A DNA stretch of 64,000 nt from Candidatus Latescibacterota bacterium (GCA_965248265.1 CBDFJF010000001.1:1856001-1920000), one strand, 5' to 3'; counted from the stretch's first letter, positions 13,154 through 24,180 are shown. The notes: generated by a model from the sequence alone, not told the origin. Numbers and translations: made by a program.

Positions 13154-14560
13154 CTAGCTCACCTCCGAGACGACGGCTGCCGGCAGTTCGCGTTGAATAT
13201 TCGGCAACGCATAGCCGAAACCTGGCCCCTGAACCGAAGTCAGGTCCACCCGACCACCTCGCCGTCGATACACCCCCGGATGGACCGCAGCTTCGGCGGC
13301 TGAAGCTTCCGGATAAAACTGCATGCTGTTGGTCTCTACCCCCATGATGGTGCCGGCGTGAGCCGCCAACTGAACATGAGGTATTTGTGCCAGCATGGGA
13401 TTCGTCAGGTCTTGCACCATCAGTCCCATGCCGTGTGCCTTGGCCCAACACAGACTCAGCAGAGCTCCCGTCTGCGTCTTGCAGGTCTTCAGAGCGACCC
13501 CCGTCCAACCGAGGCTACGCCCAAGGCGGATCAGCTCCCAGTCATGAGCACTCTCATCCATGTAAAGCGGTTTGCGCGCCGCGACACTGTGGACGTCAAT
13601 GCAGTGCTGCTCGAGGTCGTAGGGAAAGGGCTGCTCGACATAGAGGATCATTCCGTATAATCGGGGCTCATTCTGTATTAACTGATCCAGAATGTCGTTG
13701 ACGTATCCTGGCTCGTTGACGGTGCAGTTGAAATCGGCCGTCAGCCAGCTCACCCCGTGTTCGATCGCGATTGCACCGACCCGCTGCAGGCGCCGGTGGT
13801 CCCAGGCCGCATCATCGCCGCGCAGTTTGATCTTGAGACAGGTGAGTCCGTCCCGCTCGATCCAGTCGGCGAGCAACACGGGATGACCATCCGATGGTTC
13901 TTCCCCGGTGAGTTCCTCTGCCGAGAGCGGATCAAGTCCCCCTACCAGGTGCCAGGCCGGCAGTGTCTGTGCGCGGGGCAGCTCGAAGTAGTCGGTGGGG
14001 TAACGACCATCGAAAGACACATCGCGGGACCCGTCGGCCGGCTGCAAGTAGCTGCTCAGATCCCGATTCATGTAGCCGGAGTTATACGTATCGTAGACCG
14101 GGCAATCGTGCAGAATGCCGTAGGCATCATGGACGGCAAGGTCGAAGGCGGAGCAACAGACCAGAGCCGCGAGCCAGGGCATGGGGTGAGAACGCTCACG
14201 GTTGAATTGCTCCAGCAACCCCGGCAGGCATTGTCGCTGAAAGGCGTGTCCGATTTCGAGCGGGTGGCCGCGGTGATCGAACCCGGCCCAGGACCGTGCC
14301 AATCGTTCACAAAAAGCTTTCAACGCCTGATGACGATCCTCAAAGGAAATGACCGCCGGCCAGACCCATTGAACACTCAAGGGCGTCTCCCCCCACCCCG
14401 CACCCGTCGCGGCTGTGGCTGGTGCTTCGAGGAGGACCCTGACCCGCGCACAGGTCACGTGCGTTAGCGTCTCCGGCCCGAACTTGAGCGGAACCCGTGT
14501 CTCTACGGGGAGAAAATGCAGGGAGACTTCACGGACACGAGCGTCGCGCTGCACCGACAC
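13154..14560 (-). CDS. Enolase-superfamily protein of unknown substrate, paralog A
   Basis: ETRVPLKFG, LKIKL, TADFN, VEQPF, MDES, LKTCKT, VQDL, VETNS. Confidence 0.8.
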   Translation of the reverse strand: MSVQRDARVREVSLHFLPVETRVPLKFGPETLTHVTCARVRVLLEAPATAATGAGWGETPLSVQWVWPAVISFEDRHQALKAFCERLARSWAGFDHRGHPLEIGHAFQRQCLPGLLEQFNRERSHPMPWLAALVCCSAFDLAVHDAYGILHDCPVYDTYNSGYMNRDLSSYLQPADGSRDVSFDGRYPTDYFELPRAQTLPAWHLVGGLDPLSAEELTGEEPSDGHPVLLADWIERDGLTCLKIKLRGDDAAWDHRRLQRVGAIAIEHGVSWLTADFNCTVNEPGYVNDILDQLIQNEPRLYGMILYVEQPFPYDLEQHCIDVHSVAARKPLYMDESAHDWELIRLGRSLGWTGVALKTCKTQTGALLSLCWAKAHGMGLMVQDLTNPMLAQIPHVQLAAHAGTIMGVETNSMQFYPEASAAEAAVHPGVYRRRGGRVDLTSVQGPGFGYALPNIQRELPAAVVSEVS

Positions 14561-14561
14561 C

Positions 14562-15989
14562 TCAAGTCCCCACTGCAGTAACGTCCCGCTCGAGCGGATG
14601 CAGGTCCTCCAAGGCCTGGCGGGCCTGCAACAGCTGCGCCGTCACTGCTTCCGAACCCGTACCTCCGGGGATCTGCCGCAAGTCGATACTGTGATCCACA
14701 TTGAGAAGCTTTAGAGCATCAGCTGCGAACAGCTCACTCTGGTCCTGCAGGTCTTCGATCGTCAACGATTGCAGACCTTCTCCTCTGTCGACGGCGGTCT
14801 TGACCAGCGCGGCCACCGCGCCGTGGGCATCCCGAAACGGCAGACCACGCTTGACCAGGTAATCGGCCAGGTCGGTTGCCAATGTCCCGTCATCGATCAC
14901 TGCCCGCATGCGGTCTTCATGTACCGTCATCGTCGCCCAAACCCTGGTGAACACATCGAGGCAGTCATGGACCGTTTCGAAGGAATCGAAGACCGGCTCC
15001 TTGTCCTCCTGAAGATCCTTGGAATAGGTCAGCCCTAGGCCTTTCATCGTCGTCAGCAACGCCGTGAGATTACCGTAGACACGCCCGGTCTTGCCCCTCA
15101 CCAGTTCCAAGGAGTCCGGATTCTTCTTCTGTGGCATCATACTGGATCCGGTCGAGTAGGCCTCATCGATCGAGATGAAGCCGAACTCGGCCGTGGACCA
15201 AATGATCAGATCCTCACAGTAGCGGCTCAAATGCATCATCAGCACCGACAGCGCTGCCAATGACTCCAGCAGGAAATCCCGGTCACTGACGGCATCCAGG
15301 CTGTTGGTCGTGATCGCCTCGAATCCCAGTTCCTGTGCCATGAACGCGCGATCGAGTGGGTAGGCACTGCCGGCCAGTGCGCCCGAACCCAGAGGTAGAT
15401 AGTCCGCTCGCTTCCAGGCATCAGCCAAGCGTCCGCGGTCGCGCTCCAGCATCCAGAACAGGGACAGGGCGTAGTGGGCGAACAGAATCGGCTGGGCTTG
15501 CTGTAGATGGGTGTAACCCGGTAGCGCAACTGCCATGTGCTGCTCGGCACTCGCCATCAACGTCGACTGCAGCTTGTGAACTCTCTGAGAGGTCCCCCTA
15601 ATGGCTTCTCTCAAGTAGAGGCGTTCATCCAGGTTCACCTGGTCGTTGCGACTGCGACCCGTGTGCAGCTTGCCCCCAAGGGGACCGATACGTGCGGTTA
15701 ATCGCTCCTCCACGGCCATGTGGATGTCTTCGAAGCGATGGCCGAATTCAAATTCGGCAGTCATCATCTCCTCGAGAACGGCCTCGAGTCCCTGGGTGAT
15801 GAGGGCGGTCTCCTCCGCCGTCAGGATACCAACACGTTCAAGCGCCCGTGCGTGTACCTTGCTGCCGGCGATGTCGACTTCCAGCAACTTGCGGTCGAAG
15901 CTGATGGAGGCGTTGAAGCGTGCCATCAACTGCGCCGTGTCAGCGGAAAATCGACCCCGGAGGGTAGTCGTCCCCTGTGACTCTGTCAT
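14562..15989 (-). CDS. argH: Argininosuccinate lyase
   Basis: HTGRSRNDQV, PGYTHLQQAQP, STGSSMMPQKKNPD, DLQEDKE. Confidence 0.97.
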   Translation of the reverse strand: MTESQGTTTLRGRFSADTAQLMARFNASISFDRKLLEVDIAGSKVHARALERVGILTAEETALITQGLEAVLEEMMTAEFEFGHRFEDIHMAVEERLTARIGPLGGKLHTGRSRNDQVNLDERLYLREAIRGTSQRVHKLQSTLMASAEQHMAVALPGYTHLQQAQPILFAHYALSLFWMLERDRGRLADAWKRADYLPLGSGALAGSAYPLDRAFMAQELGFEAITTNSLDAVSDRDFLLESLAALSVLMMHLSRYCEDLIIWSTAEFGFISIDEAYSTGSSMMPQKKNPDSLELVRGKTGRVYGNLTALLTTMKGLGLTYSKDLQEDKEPVFDSFETVHDCLDVFTRVWATMTVHEDRMRAVIDDGTLATDLADYLVKRGLPFRDAHGAVAALVKTAVDRGEGLQSLTIEDLQDQSELFAADALKLLNVDHSIDLRQIPGGTGSEAVTAQLLQARQALEDLHPLERDVTAVGT

Positions 15990-16016
15990 GGGAAGTGTGG
16001 TTGCGGGCTGATTGCG

Positions 16017-17219
16017 TCAGCCCTGTCTCAGGATTTCGTCGAAGACATCGACGGCCTCGTCGATCTGGTCTTGCTCGACTATGAGAGGCGGAAGAAATCT
16101 CACGACATCCGTCGCACACGGAGCCACCAGGATATCCCGCTCCCTGAAGGCTGCCAGGATCTCAGCCGGAGCCCGCTCACTCATGACAGCACCGGCGATG
16201 AGGCCGCTGCCCCGTATCTCGCTGATCTGCTCGGGCCAGCGTTGCTGCAGTTTTTCGAGCCGCTCCCGCAGATGCGTACCCTTTTCGGCCACGGACTCCA
16301 GAAAACCCTCCCCCGTCAGCTTCTCCATTACGGTCAAAGCAACGGCTGCAGCGACAGGATTGGCGCCGAAAGTCGCAGCATGGTCGCCTGGCTGGATGGC
16401 GTCGGCGACGCGCTGCCGCAGCAATGAGACACCGATGGGCAATCCGCCTCCGAGTGCTTTGGCCAGGGTCATAATGTCCGGCTCGACACCAAACTGCTCA
16501 TAGGCCCACAGGGAGCCCGTGCGACCTAGGCCGACCTGAATCTCATCGAATACGAGCAGCATCTCGTTTTCATCACACAGCGCCCTCAGCCCTTCGAGAA
16601 ACTCTTGCGAACTGACGTGAATGCCCCCTTCAGCCTGGATCGGCTCTACCAGGATCGCACAGGTTTGCTTGGTGACGGCCGCCTCGACTGAAGCCAGGTC
16701 GTTGAAATCGGCGAAGCTGATCCCGGGCAGCATGGGCTCGAAGCCCTGGTGGTATTTCGGCTGACCGGTGGTTGATACCGAGCCGTAGGTGCGCCCGTGG
16801 AAGGAGTTCGTCATTGACACGAAGTGGCTCTTCTTGACCTTGCCGAAGGTCGTGTTCCCCCACTTACGACAAAACTTGAGCGATGCTTCCCAGGCCTCGG
16901 TGCCGCTGTTACAGAAAAAGGCGCGATCAGCGAACGAATTCTCCACCAGGACCCTCGCCAGATCAGTCGAAGGAATCGTGTGGAACAGATTGGAGCAGTG
17001 CATGAGCTGAGCCGCCTGCTCCTCGATGGCCTTGAGGATCGCCCGATCCCGGTAACCGAAGGCGTTGACCGCGAGGCCGCTGACGAAATCGAGGTATCGA
17101 TTGCCGTCGGTGTCGAACAGGTACATACCGTTGCCCCGTTCCAGAACAAACTCAGGCCGCCCGTAGGTCTGCAGTATGTATTCATTCTCCTGCTTGACTA
17201 TGTCTGCTGTCCGCATCAT
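16017..17219 (-). CDS. argD: Acetylornithine aminotransferase
   Basis: NSGTEA, SFHGRT, EPIQAEGG, DEIQVGLGRTG, PDIMTLAKALGGG; arg operon context. Confidence 0.93.
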   Translation of the reverse strand: MMRTADIVKQENEYILQTYGRPEFVLERGNGMYLFDTDGNRYLDFVSGLAVNAFGYRDRAILKAIEEQAAQLMHCSNLFHTIPSTDLARVLVENSFADRAFFCNSGTEAWEASLKFCRKWGNTTFGKVKKSHFVSMTNSFHGRTYGSVSTTGQPKYHQGFEPMLPGISFADFNDLASVEAAVTKQTCAILVEPIQAEGGIHVSSQEFLEGLRALCDENEMLLVFDEIQVGLGRTGSLWAYEQFGVEPDIMTLAKALGGGLPIGVSLLRQRVADAIQPGDHAATFGANPVAAAVALTVMEKLTGEGFLESVAEKGTHLRERLEKLQQRWPEQISEIRGSGLIAGAVMSERAPAEILAAFRERDILVAPCATDVVRFLPPLIVEQDQIDEAVDVFDEILRQG

Positions 17220-17240
17220 TGGCTACTCCTATTCACTTAT

Positions 17241-18128
17241 TCACTGTACTATTTGCGTTCCCACGCCCTCATCGGTAAAGAACTCGAGCAGCATCGAATG
17301 GGGGATGCGGCCGTCGACAACGTGTGTCTTGTGTACGCCGGCCCGAACTCCGTGCGCGCAGGCACGGACCTTGGGGATCATGCCCCCGCTCACGACGCCT
17401 TCATCTATCAGGCCGTGCAACTCGTCGACGTGCACGGTGGAAAGCAGCGATGCCGAATCGTTGGGGTCCCGCATTATTCCAGTGACATCGGTCAGAAAAA
17501 CCAGCTTCTCGGCCTGCAGCGCCGCGGCCACTTCGCCGGCCGCCGTGTCTGCATTGACGTTATAGGGAGCCCCGGCCTCCCCCTTGCCGATCGGTGCCAC
17601 GACAGGAATCGCGTCTGTTTCCACCAACCTCAGCAGCGGTACGGGATCGACACTCTCCACCTCGCCGACGAAACCGATGTCGAGGGGACCATCGGGGGTG
17701 TCGGCGAAGTGCTTGCGCACGTTGAGGACGCCTGCGTCCCTGGCCGAGACTCCGACCGCCCGTCCCCCCAGTTGGTTGATCTGCTTGACGATGCCGGCGT
17801 TCACCTCACCGAAGAGAGTCTCCTCCACCACCTCCATGACTGCTTCATCGGTGATGCGCAGGCCGTTCACTCGCTTGGTCTCGATGCCCTTTTCCTTCAG
17901 CCGCCGATCGATCGCCGGACCACCTCCGTGCACGACAACAGGCCGCATCCCCACCGATTCCATGAAGACGATGTCCTTGAGCACAGTGTCGCCTTCGGGG
18001 CCCTCACCCATGGCGCTACCCCCGTATTTTATGACCACCGTCTTGTTGCGAAACGATTGAATGTATGGCAACGCCTCCACCAGGACAGCAGCCTTCTCAA
18101 TGTATTCCTCCAGGGATTTCACTACCAT
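17241..18128 (-). CDS. argB: Acetylglutamate kinase
   Basis: VIKYGGSAM, VHGGGP, NVNAD, GGMIPKV. Confidence 0.96.
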   Translation of the reverse strand: MVVKSLEEYIEKAAVLVEALPYIQSFRNKTVVIKYGGSAMGEGPEGDTVLKDIVFMESVGMRPVVVHGGGPAIDRRLKEKGIETKRVNGLRITDEAVMEVVEETLFGEVNAGIVKQINQLGGRAVGVSARDAGVLNVRKHFADTPDGPLDIGFVGEVESVDPVPLLRLVETDAIPVVAPIGKGEAGAPYNVNADTAAGEVAAALQAEKLVFLTDVTGIMRDPNDSASLLSTVHVDELHGLIDEGVVSGGMIPKVRACAHGVRAGVHKTHVVDGRIPHSMLLEFFTDEGVGTQIVQ

Positions 18129-18152
18129 GCTCTGACTGCCGCTCCCTCAGCC

Positions 18153-18632
18153 TCATCGGCCGCCGAATCTGGCTCCGGTGATGGCCAGAATCCGCTTCAC
18201 CAGGGACTCGGCCTCCTCCACCGTTCGCGTCAACGCGAAAATCGTGTTCTCCCCCGCGATCGTCCCCATCAACTCCTGCCAACCGATCCGGTCCAGGGCC
18301 TCACACAGGCTTTGGGCGTGGCCGGACACTGTCTTTATTACAGCGATATTCTCCGCCTGGTCGATCTCGACCAGAAAATCGGAAAGCTCGCGCTCGAGAA
18401 TGTGCTGGTCGCGAAGCGTGGCTCGGACCTCGTTTCCCAGTCCGTAGCGGAATCCGCCATCTGGCCTGGGGACGCGAACCACCCCGAGTTCCCGCAGGTC
18501 CTTCGAGAGGGTGGACTGACTCACCTCTATCTGCTGCCGCTGCAGGGCCTCAGCCATTTCCTCATGCGTACGGATATTGGCCTCCTGTAGCATCTCCTTG
18601 ATCTTGGCATGTCGGACTTGCTTGGAATTCAT
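18153..18632 (-). CDS. argR: Arginine repressor
   Basis: VSQSTLSKDLRELG winged HTH, IKTVSGHA, GTIAGENT. Confidence 0.93.
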   Translation of the reverse strand: MNSKQVRHAKIKEMLQEANIRTHEEMAEALQRQQIEVSQSTLSKDLRELGVVRVPRPDGGFRYGLGNEVRATLRDQHILERELSDFLVEIDQAENIAVIKTVSGHAQSLCEALDRIGWQELMGTIAGENTIFALTRTVEEAESLVKRILAITGARFGGR

Positions 18633-18650
18633 CGCATACCGGACAGAGGG

Positions 18651-18688
18651 ATGGAATAATTATTCGTTAAAATCAATAATTATCGTAA
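18651..18688. promoter_or_regulatory. Tandem ARG boxes
   Basis: Perfect palindrome GAATAATTATTC (18654-18665) and second ATAATTAT core (18676-18683), centres 20 bp apart, directly upstream of argR. Confidence 0.8.
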
Positions 18689-18715
18689 TATATGGGGCGT
18701 CCGTTGCGCTGTCAA
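18687..18715 (-). promoter_or_regulatory. Sigma70 promoter of the arg operon
   Basis: Minus strand TTGACA-17 nt-TATATT. Confidence 0.75.
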
Positions 18716-18782
18716 CAAGCTCTCGACAACACGAGAAGGGCCGGGGTTTGACTTGGTAGGAAGGGGGTTTTCCAGGGTTATC

Positions 18783-19601
18783 TCAGGCCTCTTCGGCGAC
18801 TGTAGCCGGTGTTCCGGTCAATCGTTCCTTTGGTGACAGCAACTCGGTGAGGCGCTGCTTGAGATCGCGAGCACTGAGACCACGGTCCAACTCCCCAGCC
18901 ACGGTGAGAGAAATGGTCTGGCTTTCTTCGGAGACGACGATCGTGATCGCGTCGGTTTCCTGAGACAGTCCGATCGCAGCCCGGTGGCGGGTACCCAATC
19001 TCTGGTCCTCCACCTCCTCGGCGAGCGGCAGCGTGCATCGAGCGGCAACCAGGTTTTCCCCGTCGATGATTACAGCTTGATCGTGCAGCGGCGATCGTGG
19101 GGTGAATATGGTTGTCAGGAGATCCGCGGAAACTCGAGCATTGAGTTGCACCCCGGATTCGACAATTGCTTCGAGGCCGGCCTCGCGCCCCAGGACGATC
19201 AGGGCACCGTATCCCCGTTCGGCGAGTTGGCGGGTACCGGATACCACCTCGTCTATGACCCGGCTGGGTTCCACCTTGTAAAACCAGTTCAACAACGGAC
19301 TCTGCCCCAGCGCGACCAGCATGCGACGAAGCTCCGGTTGAAAGAGGATGACCAGGAGGATGAGCAGAATGGACCGCATCTGCTCGAGGAGGTAGGTCAG
19401 ACCAATCATGCCCTGCCAGTGTGCCGCCAGCGCCAGGGTGACCAGGAGGAAGAGTCCGCCCAGCATCTGCGCTGCCCGAGTCCCGCGAATCAAGCCGAAG
19501 AGTCGGTAGACGACAAAAGCGACGATGAGAATGTCGACGGCCGACAGAACCGAAAAGGGAATGAACCCGAACAGATGGAACAGGACCAGGGTGTCTTGCA
19601 C
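18783..19601 (-). CDS. cdaA: Diadenylate cyclase CdaA/DacA
   Basis: Three N-terminal TM helices, FQPELR, GALIV, PLHDQA (DGA-like), GTRHRAA, VSEE. Confidence 0.9.
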   Translation of the reverse strand: MQDTLVLFHLFGFIPFSVLSAVDILIVAFVVYRLFGLIRGTRAAQMLGGLFLLVTLALAAHWQGMIGLTYLLEQMRSILLILLVILFQPELRRMLVALGQSPLLNWFYKVEPSRVIDEVVSGTRQLAERGYGALIVLGREAGLEAIVESGVQLNARVSADLLTTIFTPRSPLHDQAVIIDGENLVAARCTLPLAEEVEDQRLGTRHRAAIGLSQETDAITIVVSEESQTISLTVAGELDRGLSARDLKQRLTELLSPKERLTGTPATVAEEA

Positions 19602-19610
19602 TGAGCTATC

Positions 19611-20510
19611 TCAACCCTGAGACGGTACGGTTGACAGCGCGAGTTTGTCCGCCACTATAACGGGCGCACCCTCTACAATCCGAGTCATGCGCAGAGCTCG
19701 AACGGTCTCGACGACATCGTGCACACGCAGGATCTGAGCCCCTCGAGCGGCCGCCAGAACGGCTACGGCGAGGCTCCCCTCCAGGGCCTCGTCAGCCTTG
19801 AGACCTAGGCTCTTCCAGATAAAGGACTTTCGAGAGGCACCGATGACGACGGGCAACCCGAGGGCCGTAAACACCCCGACGTTGCGGATCAGCGAGAGAT
19901 TGCTGGCCGTGTTCTTGCCGAATCCGAGGCCGGGATCCACGGCCAGACGTTGCCTGGCAACACCGCCGGCAACGGCCGCATCAACGCGATCGGCGAGAAA
20001 CCCCTGCACCTCCCCAAGCAGGTCATCGTAGTTGGTGTTTTTCTGCATGACGTTGGAGCGTCCCCGGCGATGCATGAGCACGGCGGCAGCCCCGGTGGAG
20101 GCAACGACGTCAAGCATACCGGGATCGTCCGTGAAGGCACTGATGTCGTTGACGATGTCGGCGCCTGCGTCGAGAGCCTGACGCGCCACTTGTGCCCGAG
20201 TCGTGTCCACGGAAATTGGCGTGTCACTGCGCTGCCGGAAGCCCTCGATTACTGGCAGAACGCGGGAGCATTCTTCGGCGACACTGACTTCAACCAGATC
20301 ACCGTACATCGGAGGTCGCGAGGACTGGCCGCCAATGTCGATGACATCGGCTCCTTCGGCAACCATGGCCAGTGCCCGTTCGATCGCCTGGTCGGCGAGC
20401 TGGTAGTGTCCCCCGTCATAGAAGGAATCCGGTGTGACGTTGAGGATTCCCATGACATGAGCGCGCTCCGAGAGGTCCAGCCCCCTGGCGTCACTCAGCT
20501 GCCAGATCAT
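19611..20510 (-). CDS. folP: Dihydropteroate synthase
   Basis: MGILNVTPDSFYDGG, DIGGQSSRP, DPGLGFGK, GASRKSF, RVHDV. Confidence 0.97.
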   Translation of the reverse strand: MIWQLSDARGLDLSERAHVMGILNVTPDSFYDGGHYQLADQAIERALAMVAEGADVIDIGGQSSRPPMYGDLVEVSVAEECSRVLPVIEGFRQRSDTPISVDTTRAQVARQALDAGADIVNDISAFTDDPGMLDVVASTGAAAVLMHRRGRSNVMQKNTNYDDLLGEVQGFLADRVDAAVAGGVARQRLAVDPGLGFGKNTASNLSLIRNVGVFTALGLPVVIGASRKSFIWKSLGLKADEALEGSLAVAVLAAARGAQILRVHDVVETVRALRMTRIVEGAPVIVADKLALSTVPSQG

Positions 20511-20526
20511 GTGCCTACCCTACCAC

Positions 20527-22674
20527 CTACTGATCGGGATCTGACAGCCCGCTCCGAGTAACCGGGTCGTCTTCGGCAGGGGCTGCGGCGTCCACGAACT
20601 CACCATTCCCGTTATCGTTGGAATCCTGGCGGACCACGGCCTCGCCGGCCATGATCTTGTCGAGGTCGGCGCTATCGAGGACCTCGTGCTCTAACAGCGC
20701 TTCGGCCACGGCACTCAATTTGTCCCGGTTCTTCTCCAGCAACGCACTCGCGGACTCCTCCGCTTCGAGGACGAACTTCCTGATTTCGGTATCGACGACC
20801 TGGGCGGTGTGCTCACTGAAGTTCCGCGTCCGGGTAAACTCCTTGCCCAGGAAAACCTCATCGTCTTCGCTGCCCAGGGAGAGCGGACCGAGGTTATCGC
20901 TCATGCCCCAGTCACAGACCATTGCCCTGGCCAGCGCTGTGATTTGCTTGTAGTCAGACGTAGCCCCGGAGGTCAGCTCCCCGAACACCAGCAGCTCGCT
21001 GCAGCGACCGGCCAGGCCGGTGGTCAGTCGGGCCTTGCATTCGGTCAAGGTGCTGGTATGCGTTTCCTCCTCGAGCCAGGAGACCATTCCCAATGCCTGG
21101 CCTCGCGGTATGATCGACGCCTTATTGATAGGCGGTGCGCCGGGCACCAGTTTGGCGATCAACGCGTGACCGGCCTCGTGATAGGCCGTCAGCTTCTTCT
21201 CCTTGTCCGTCATCTGCATGCTTCGTCGCTCTGCTCCGAGCATGACTTTGTCCTTGGCCTCTTCGAAGTCACCCATGATCACGGCGTCGCGATCGGTGCG
21301 CGATGCCAGCAGCGCCGCTTCGTTGACCATGTTCTCCAGGTCGGCACCCGAGACGCCGGGAGTGGCTCGGGCCAGGCGTTTGAAGTCCACGTCATCGCTC
21401 AGCGGCACATGACGGCTGTGTACCTTGAGAATGCCCTCGCGACCTCTCACATCGGGCAGTGGCACGACGACGCGGCGGTCAAAACGACCCGGGCGCAACA
21501 GCGCCGGATCCAGGACATCGGGCCTGTTGGTCGCGGCGATCAGGATGACTCCGTCGTTGGACTCGAAGCCATCCATCTCGACCAAAAGCTGATTGAGGGT
21601 CTGTTCACGTTCGTCGTGGCCTCCGCCGATGCCCGCTCCCCTGTGCCGGCCGACCGCGTCGATTTCGTCGATGAAAATGATGCAAGGGGCGCTGGTCTTG
21701 CCTTGCTCGAACAAGTCGCGCACCCTGGAGGCTCCCACGCCGACGAACATCTCCACGAAATCCGACCCGCTGATACTGAAAAACGGCACCTCTGCTTCAC
21801 CAGCGACTGCTCTCGCCAGGTGAGTCTTGCCGGTTCCTGGATGACCGACCATCAGTACCCCTTTGGGCGCCCGTCCGCCGAGGCGCTGAAACTTCTTGGG
21901 GTCTTTCAGGAACTCGATGATCTCTTCGAGTTCGGCTTTGGGTTCATCGGCTCCGGCAACATCTCGGAAGGTGGTCTTACGCTTGTCTTCGGTGAGAACC
22001 TTCGCCCGGCTTTTGCCGAACGAGAACAGTCCCTTCGGGCCTCCCTGCATCTGGCGCAGGATGAAGATCCAAAGACCGATGAAGAGCAACCAGGGAAGGA
22101 AGTTGAACAACGCGTTGTACCACGGAAACGGCTTGTCTTCGAAGGAAAACTCGATGCCGGCGTCGATCCACTGCTGCTTGGTGGCGGTGTCGATGGGACC
22201 GAGATTGACCCAGAACTGCGTGCCGTCGGTCAGCGTCCCGTGAAAAACCTCCATCCCCACGACCTTGCCACTTTCGATGGAGCCGCTATTCAGGTAATCC
22301 TGATACTGGGGATAGCGCACCTCTCGAGAGTCCGTCGGCATGCTGTCGTACAGCTTTGCGGCGAAGACCATCACCAGAATTAGGAATATCCAGAAGGCAC
22401 GGCTACGCGAGGGCCAACTCCAGGAAAATCGAGGTGACTCGTCTTCCTTGTGCCCGTCGGACGACTCGTCGGCGGAATCGGTTACCGGGGTATGGACCGG
22501 CATCGTTTCACCATCGCCATCCGGAGTCTTTTCGCCTTGCGAGGTTTCGTCGCCCCTCGGAATCACGACGTCGTCAGGTGGCCCAACGCCAGGCTGATCA
22601 TTCGTCACTGGTGGACTCGGTTCAGGCGGCTCGTGTGCTCGAGGTGATCTATCAGGCTGATTCGGTTCGCTCAT
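20527..22674 (-). CDS. ftsH: ATP-dependent zinc metalloprotease FtsH
   Basis: Two TM segments, [42 protein letters not shown]. Confidence 0.97.
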   Translation of the reverse strand: MSEPNQPDRSPRAHEPPEPSPPVTNDQPGVGPPDDVVIPRGDETSQGEKTPDGDGETMPVHTPVTDSADESSDGHKEDESPRFSWSWPSRSRAFWIFLILVMVFAAKLYDSMPTDSREVRYPQYQDYLNSGSIESGKVVGMEVFHGTLTDGTQFWVNLGPIDTATKQQWIDAGIEFSFEDKPFPWYNALFNFLPWLLFIGLWIFILRQMQGGPKGLFSFGKSRAKVLTEDKRKTTFRDVAGADEPKAELEEIIEFLKDPKKFQRLGGRAPKGVLMVGHPGTGKTHLARAVAGEAEVPFFSISGSDFVEMFVGVGASRVRDLFEQGKTSAPCIIFIDEIDAVGRHRGAGIGGGHDEREQTLNQLLVEMDGFESNDGVILIAATNRPDVLDPALLRPGRFDRRVVVPLPDVRGREGILKVHSRHVPLSDDVDFKRLARATPGVSGADLENMVNEAALLASRTDRDAVIMGDFEEAKDKVMLGAERRSMQMTDKEKKLTAYHEAGHALIAKLVPGAPPINKASIIPRGQALGMVSWLEEETHTSTLTECKARLTTGLAGRCSELLVFGELTSGATSDYKQITALARAMVCDWGMSDNLGPLSLGSEDDEVFLGKEFTRTRNFSEHTAQVVDTEIRKFVLEAEESASALLEKNRDKLSAVAEALLEHEVLDSADLDKIMAGEAVVRQDSNDNGNGEFVDAAAPAEDDPVTRSGLSDPDQ

Positions 22675-24106
22675 TATCAACTTCAGGGTGTGGTGGAAGC
22701 TCTCCAGCTAGCTGGAGAAACAACAGCTGTTTTGACGTCGGCTTGACCCGGAATGGCTGTGCGATGCGCAATCCAGCGACCCAGGCGATCTGCTCCCCGC
22801 TGGTCAGGAGAACTACCTCATCTCTCAAGAGGCGTGGCCATTTTTCATCCACGAGCAGGTCACTGATCTTCTTGCTTCCCGTCATGCCCATCGGCTGCAC
22901 TCGATCACCATTGCGCAGCGATCGCACCGACAAGCTCCGATGATCGATCTGGTCGGCATCCAGAACCGCTCGCCATGTGCCCAGCAGCGGCCTCAGTTCA
23001 TCCATCGAGGAAGCAGGCAGAAAGCGCGCCTCCAAAGCGATATCGCGCTCGGGAATCCAGGTCGTCCCCGGCAACTCGACAGACGCCTCGAATGAACCGG
23101 GAGATCCGTCGCGGATGATCAACCACTGTAACGTGCGCTGCGCCCGCAGATCAGCACAGAGGTGGACGACCCCGCCTGGCCCCGCGCGCATCAAGCCGGC
23201 AAGACGTTCAACGACATCGAAACCGACCTCGGCATCGACCGAGGACATCCCCGCCAGCAACTGCCGCAAGACCCTGCGTTGGACTGCTATATGATAACGG
23301 AGTAGGGATGGCGCAGCAAGGATGATTTTTCCGGTCGCCTGCGCGCAAACTACTGTTTCCAAAGCTGTTTGCGACTTTCGGTAGAGGGCATCGTCCTCGT
23401 CTCGAAGCACGGTGGCTGTGTGGGCAAGCGTGCTCGTCAGTCTCGGGTTGTAGTCCGACTCGAGCAGTGGCAGCAGTTCGTGCCTGATTCGATTTCGCAG
23501 AAACCGGGTATCCATGTTTGTTGCGTCCTCACGGTAATCGATGCCTCTCGATTCTGCGTACTCGGCCACCGTCCTGCGTTCGAACGCCAACAGAGGTCTC
23601 AGATGATTCCCGCCAACTCGGAGAGGCTCCATGGCAGCCAGCCCTCGGGTCCCGCTGCCGCGCAACATCCTCATCAGCACGGTTTCTGCCTGGTCTGATG
23701 CGTGATGACCAGTGGCGATGTAGCGACTGCCCGTTCCCACCCGGATGTCTTCCAGGAATTGGTAACGCAGTTCACGCCCCGCCGCCTCAACAGAGAGACC
23801 CACCCGCTGGGCGTACTCACTCACGTCTACCCTACGAGTATGAACAACCAGTTCGTATGCTCGTGCTGACGCGGCAACGAATTCGGCATCACTGGCCGAA
23901 TCCGCCCGCAGACCATGATCGAGGTGAGCTACCGATACCTCATACTCGAATTTCCCTCTCAGTTCACACAACACATCCAGTAGGGCCATCGAGTCGAGTC
24001 CCCCAGATACAGCCACAACGATCGAATCGCCCTGTCGGATGGACGCGACGTGCCGGAGGAATGACTCGACACCGGGTTGAATTGCCTTTGCCCCTTGCAG
24101 CTGCAT
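22652..24106 (-). CDS. tilS: tRNA(Ile)-lysidine synthetase (start approximate)
   Basis: [33 protein letters not shown]-terminal [11 protein letters not shown]. Confidence 0.95.
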   Translation of the reverse strand: MQLQGAKAIQPGVESFLRHVASIRQGDSIVVAVSGGLDSMALLDVLCELRGKFEYEVSVAHLDHGLRADSASDAEFVAASARAYELVVHTRRVDVSEYAQRVGLSVEAAGRELRYQFLEDIRVGTGSRYIATGHHASDQAETVLMRMLRGSGTRGLAAMEPLRVGGNHLRPLLAFERRTVAEYAESRGIDYREDATNMDTRFLRNRIRHELLPLLESDYNPRLTSTLAHTATVLRDEDDALYRKSQTALETVVCAQATGKIILAAPSLLRYHIAVQRRVLRQLLAGMSSVDAEVGFDVVERLAGLMRAGPGGVVHLCADLRAQRTLQWLIIRDGSPGSFEASVELPGTTWIPERDIALEARFLPASSMDELRPLLGTWRAVLDADQIDHRSLSVRSLRNGDRVQPMGMTGSKKISDLLVDEKWPRLLRDEVVLLTSGEQIAWVAGLRIAQPFRVKPTSKQLLFLQLAGELPPHPEVDNERTESA

Positions 24107-24164
24107 CTCTGAAACCTTGCCCTCTGCGACGACTGTGTGCCGGCGAATAGGGCCTAAAGTGGCA

Positions 24165-24180
24165 TGGAACAGGGATTGCT
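24165..24180 (+). promoter_or_regulatory. Candidate sigma54 promoter
   Basis: TGGAAC-AGGGA-TTGCT with correct GG-N10-GC spacing, ~50 bp upstream of ATG 24232. Confidence 0.5.

Noticed and set aside
16824-18590. Long antisense ORFs (588 aa here; also 20809-22383, 495-1760, 24676-25896, 58325-59338)
   Set aside because: Shadow frames opposite well-supported genes, expected at high GC; no recognisable motifs
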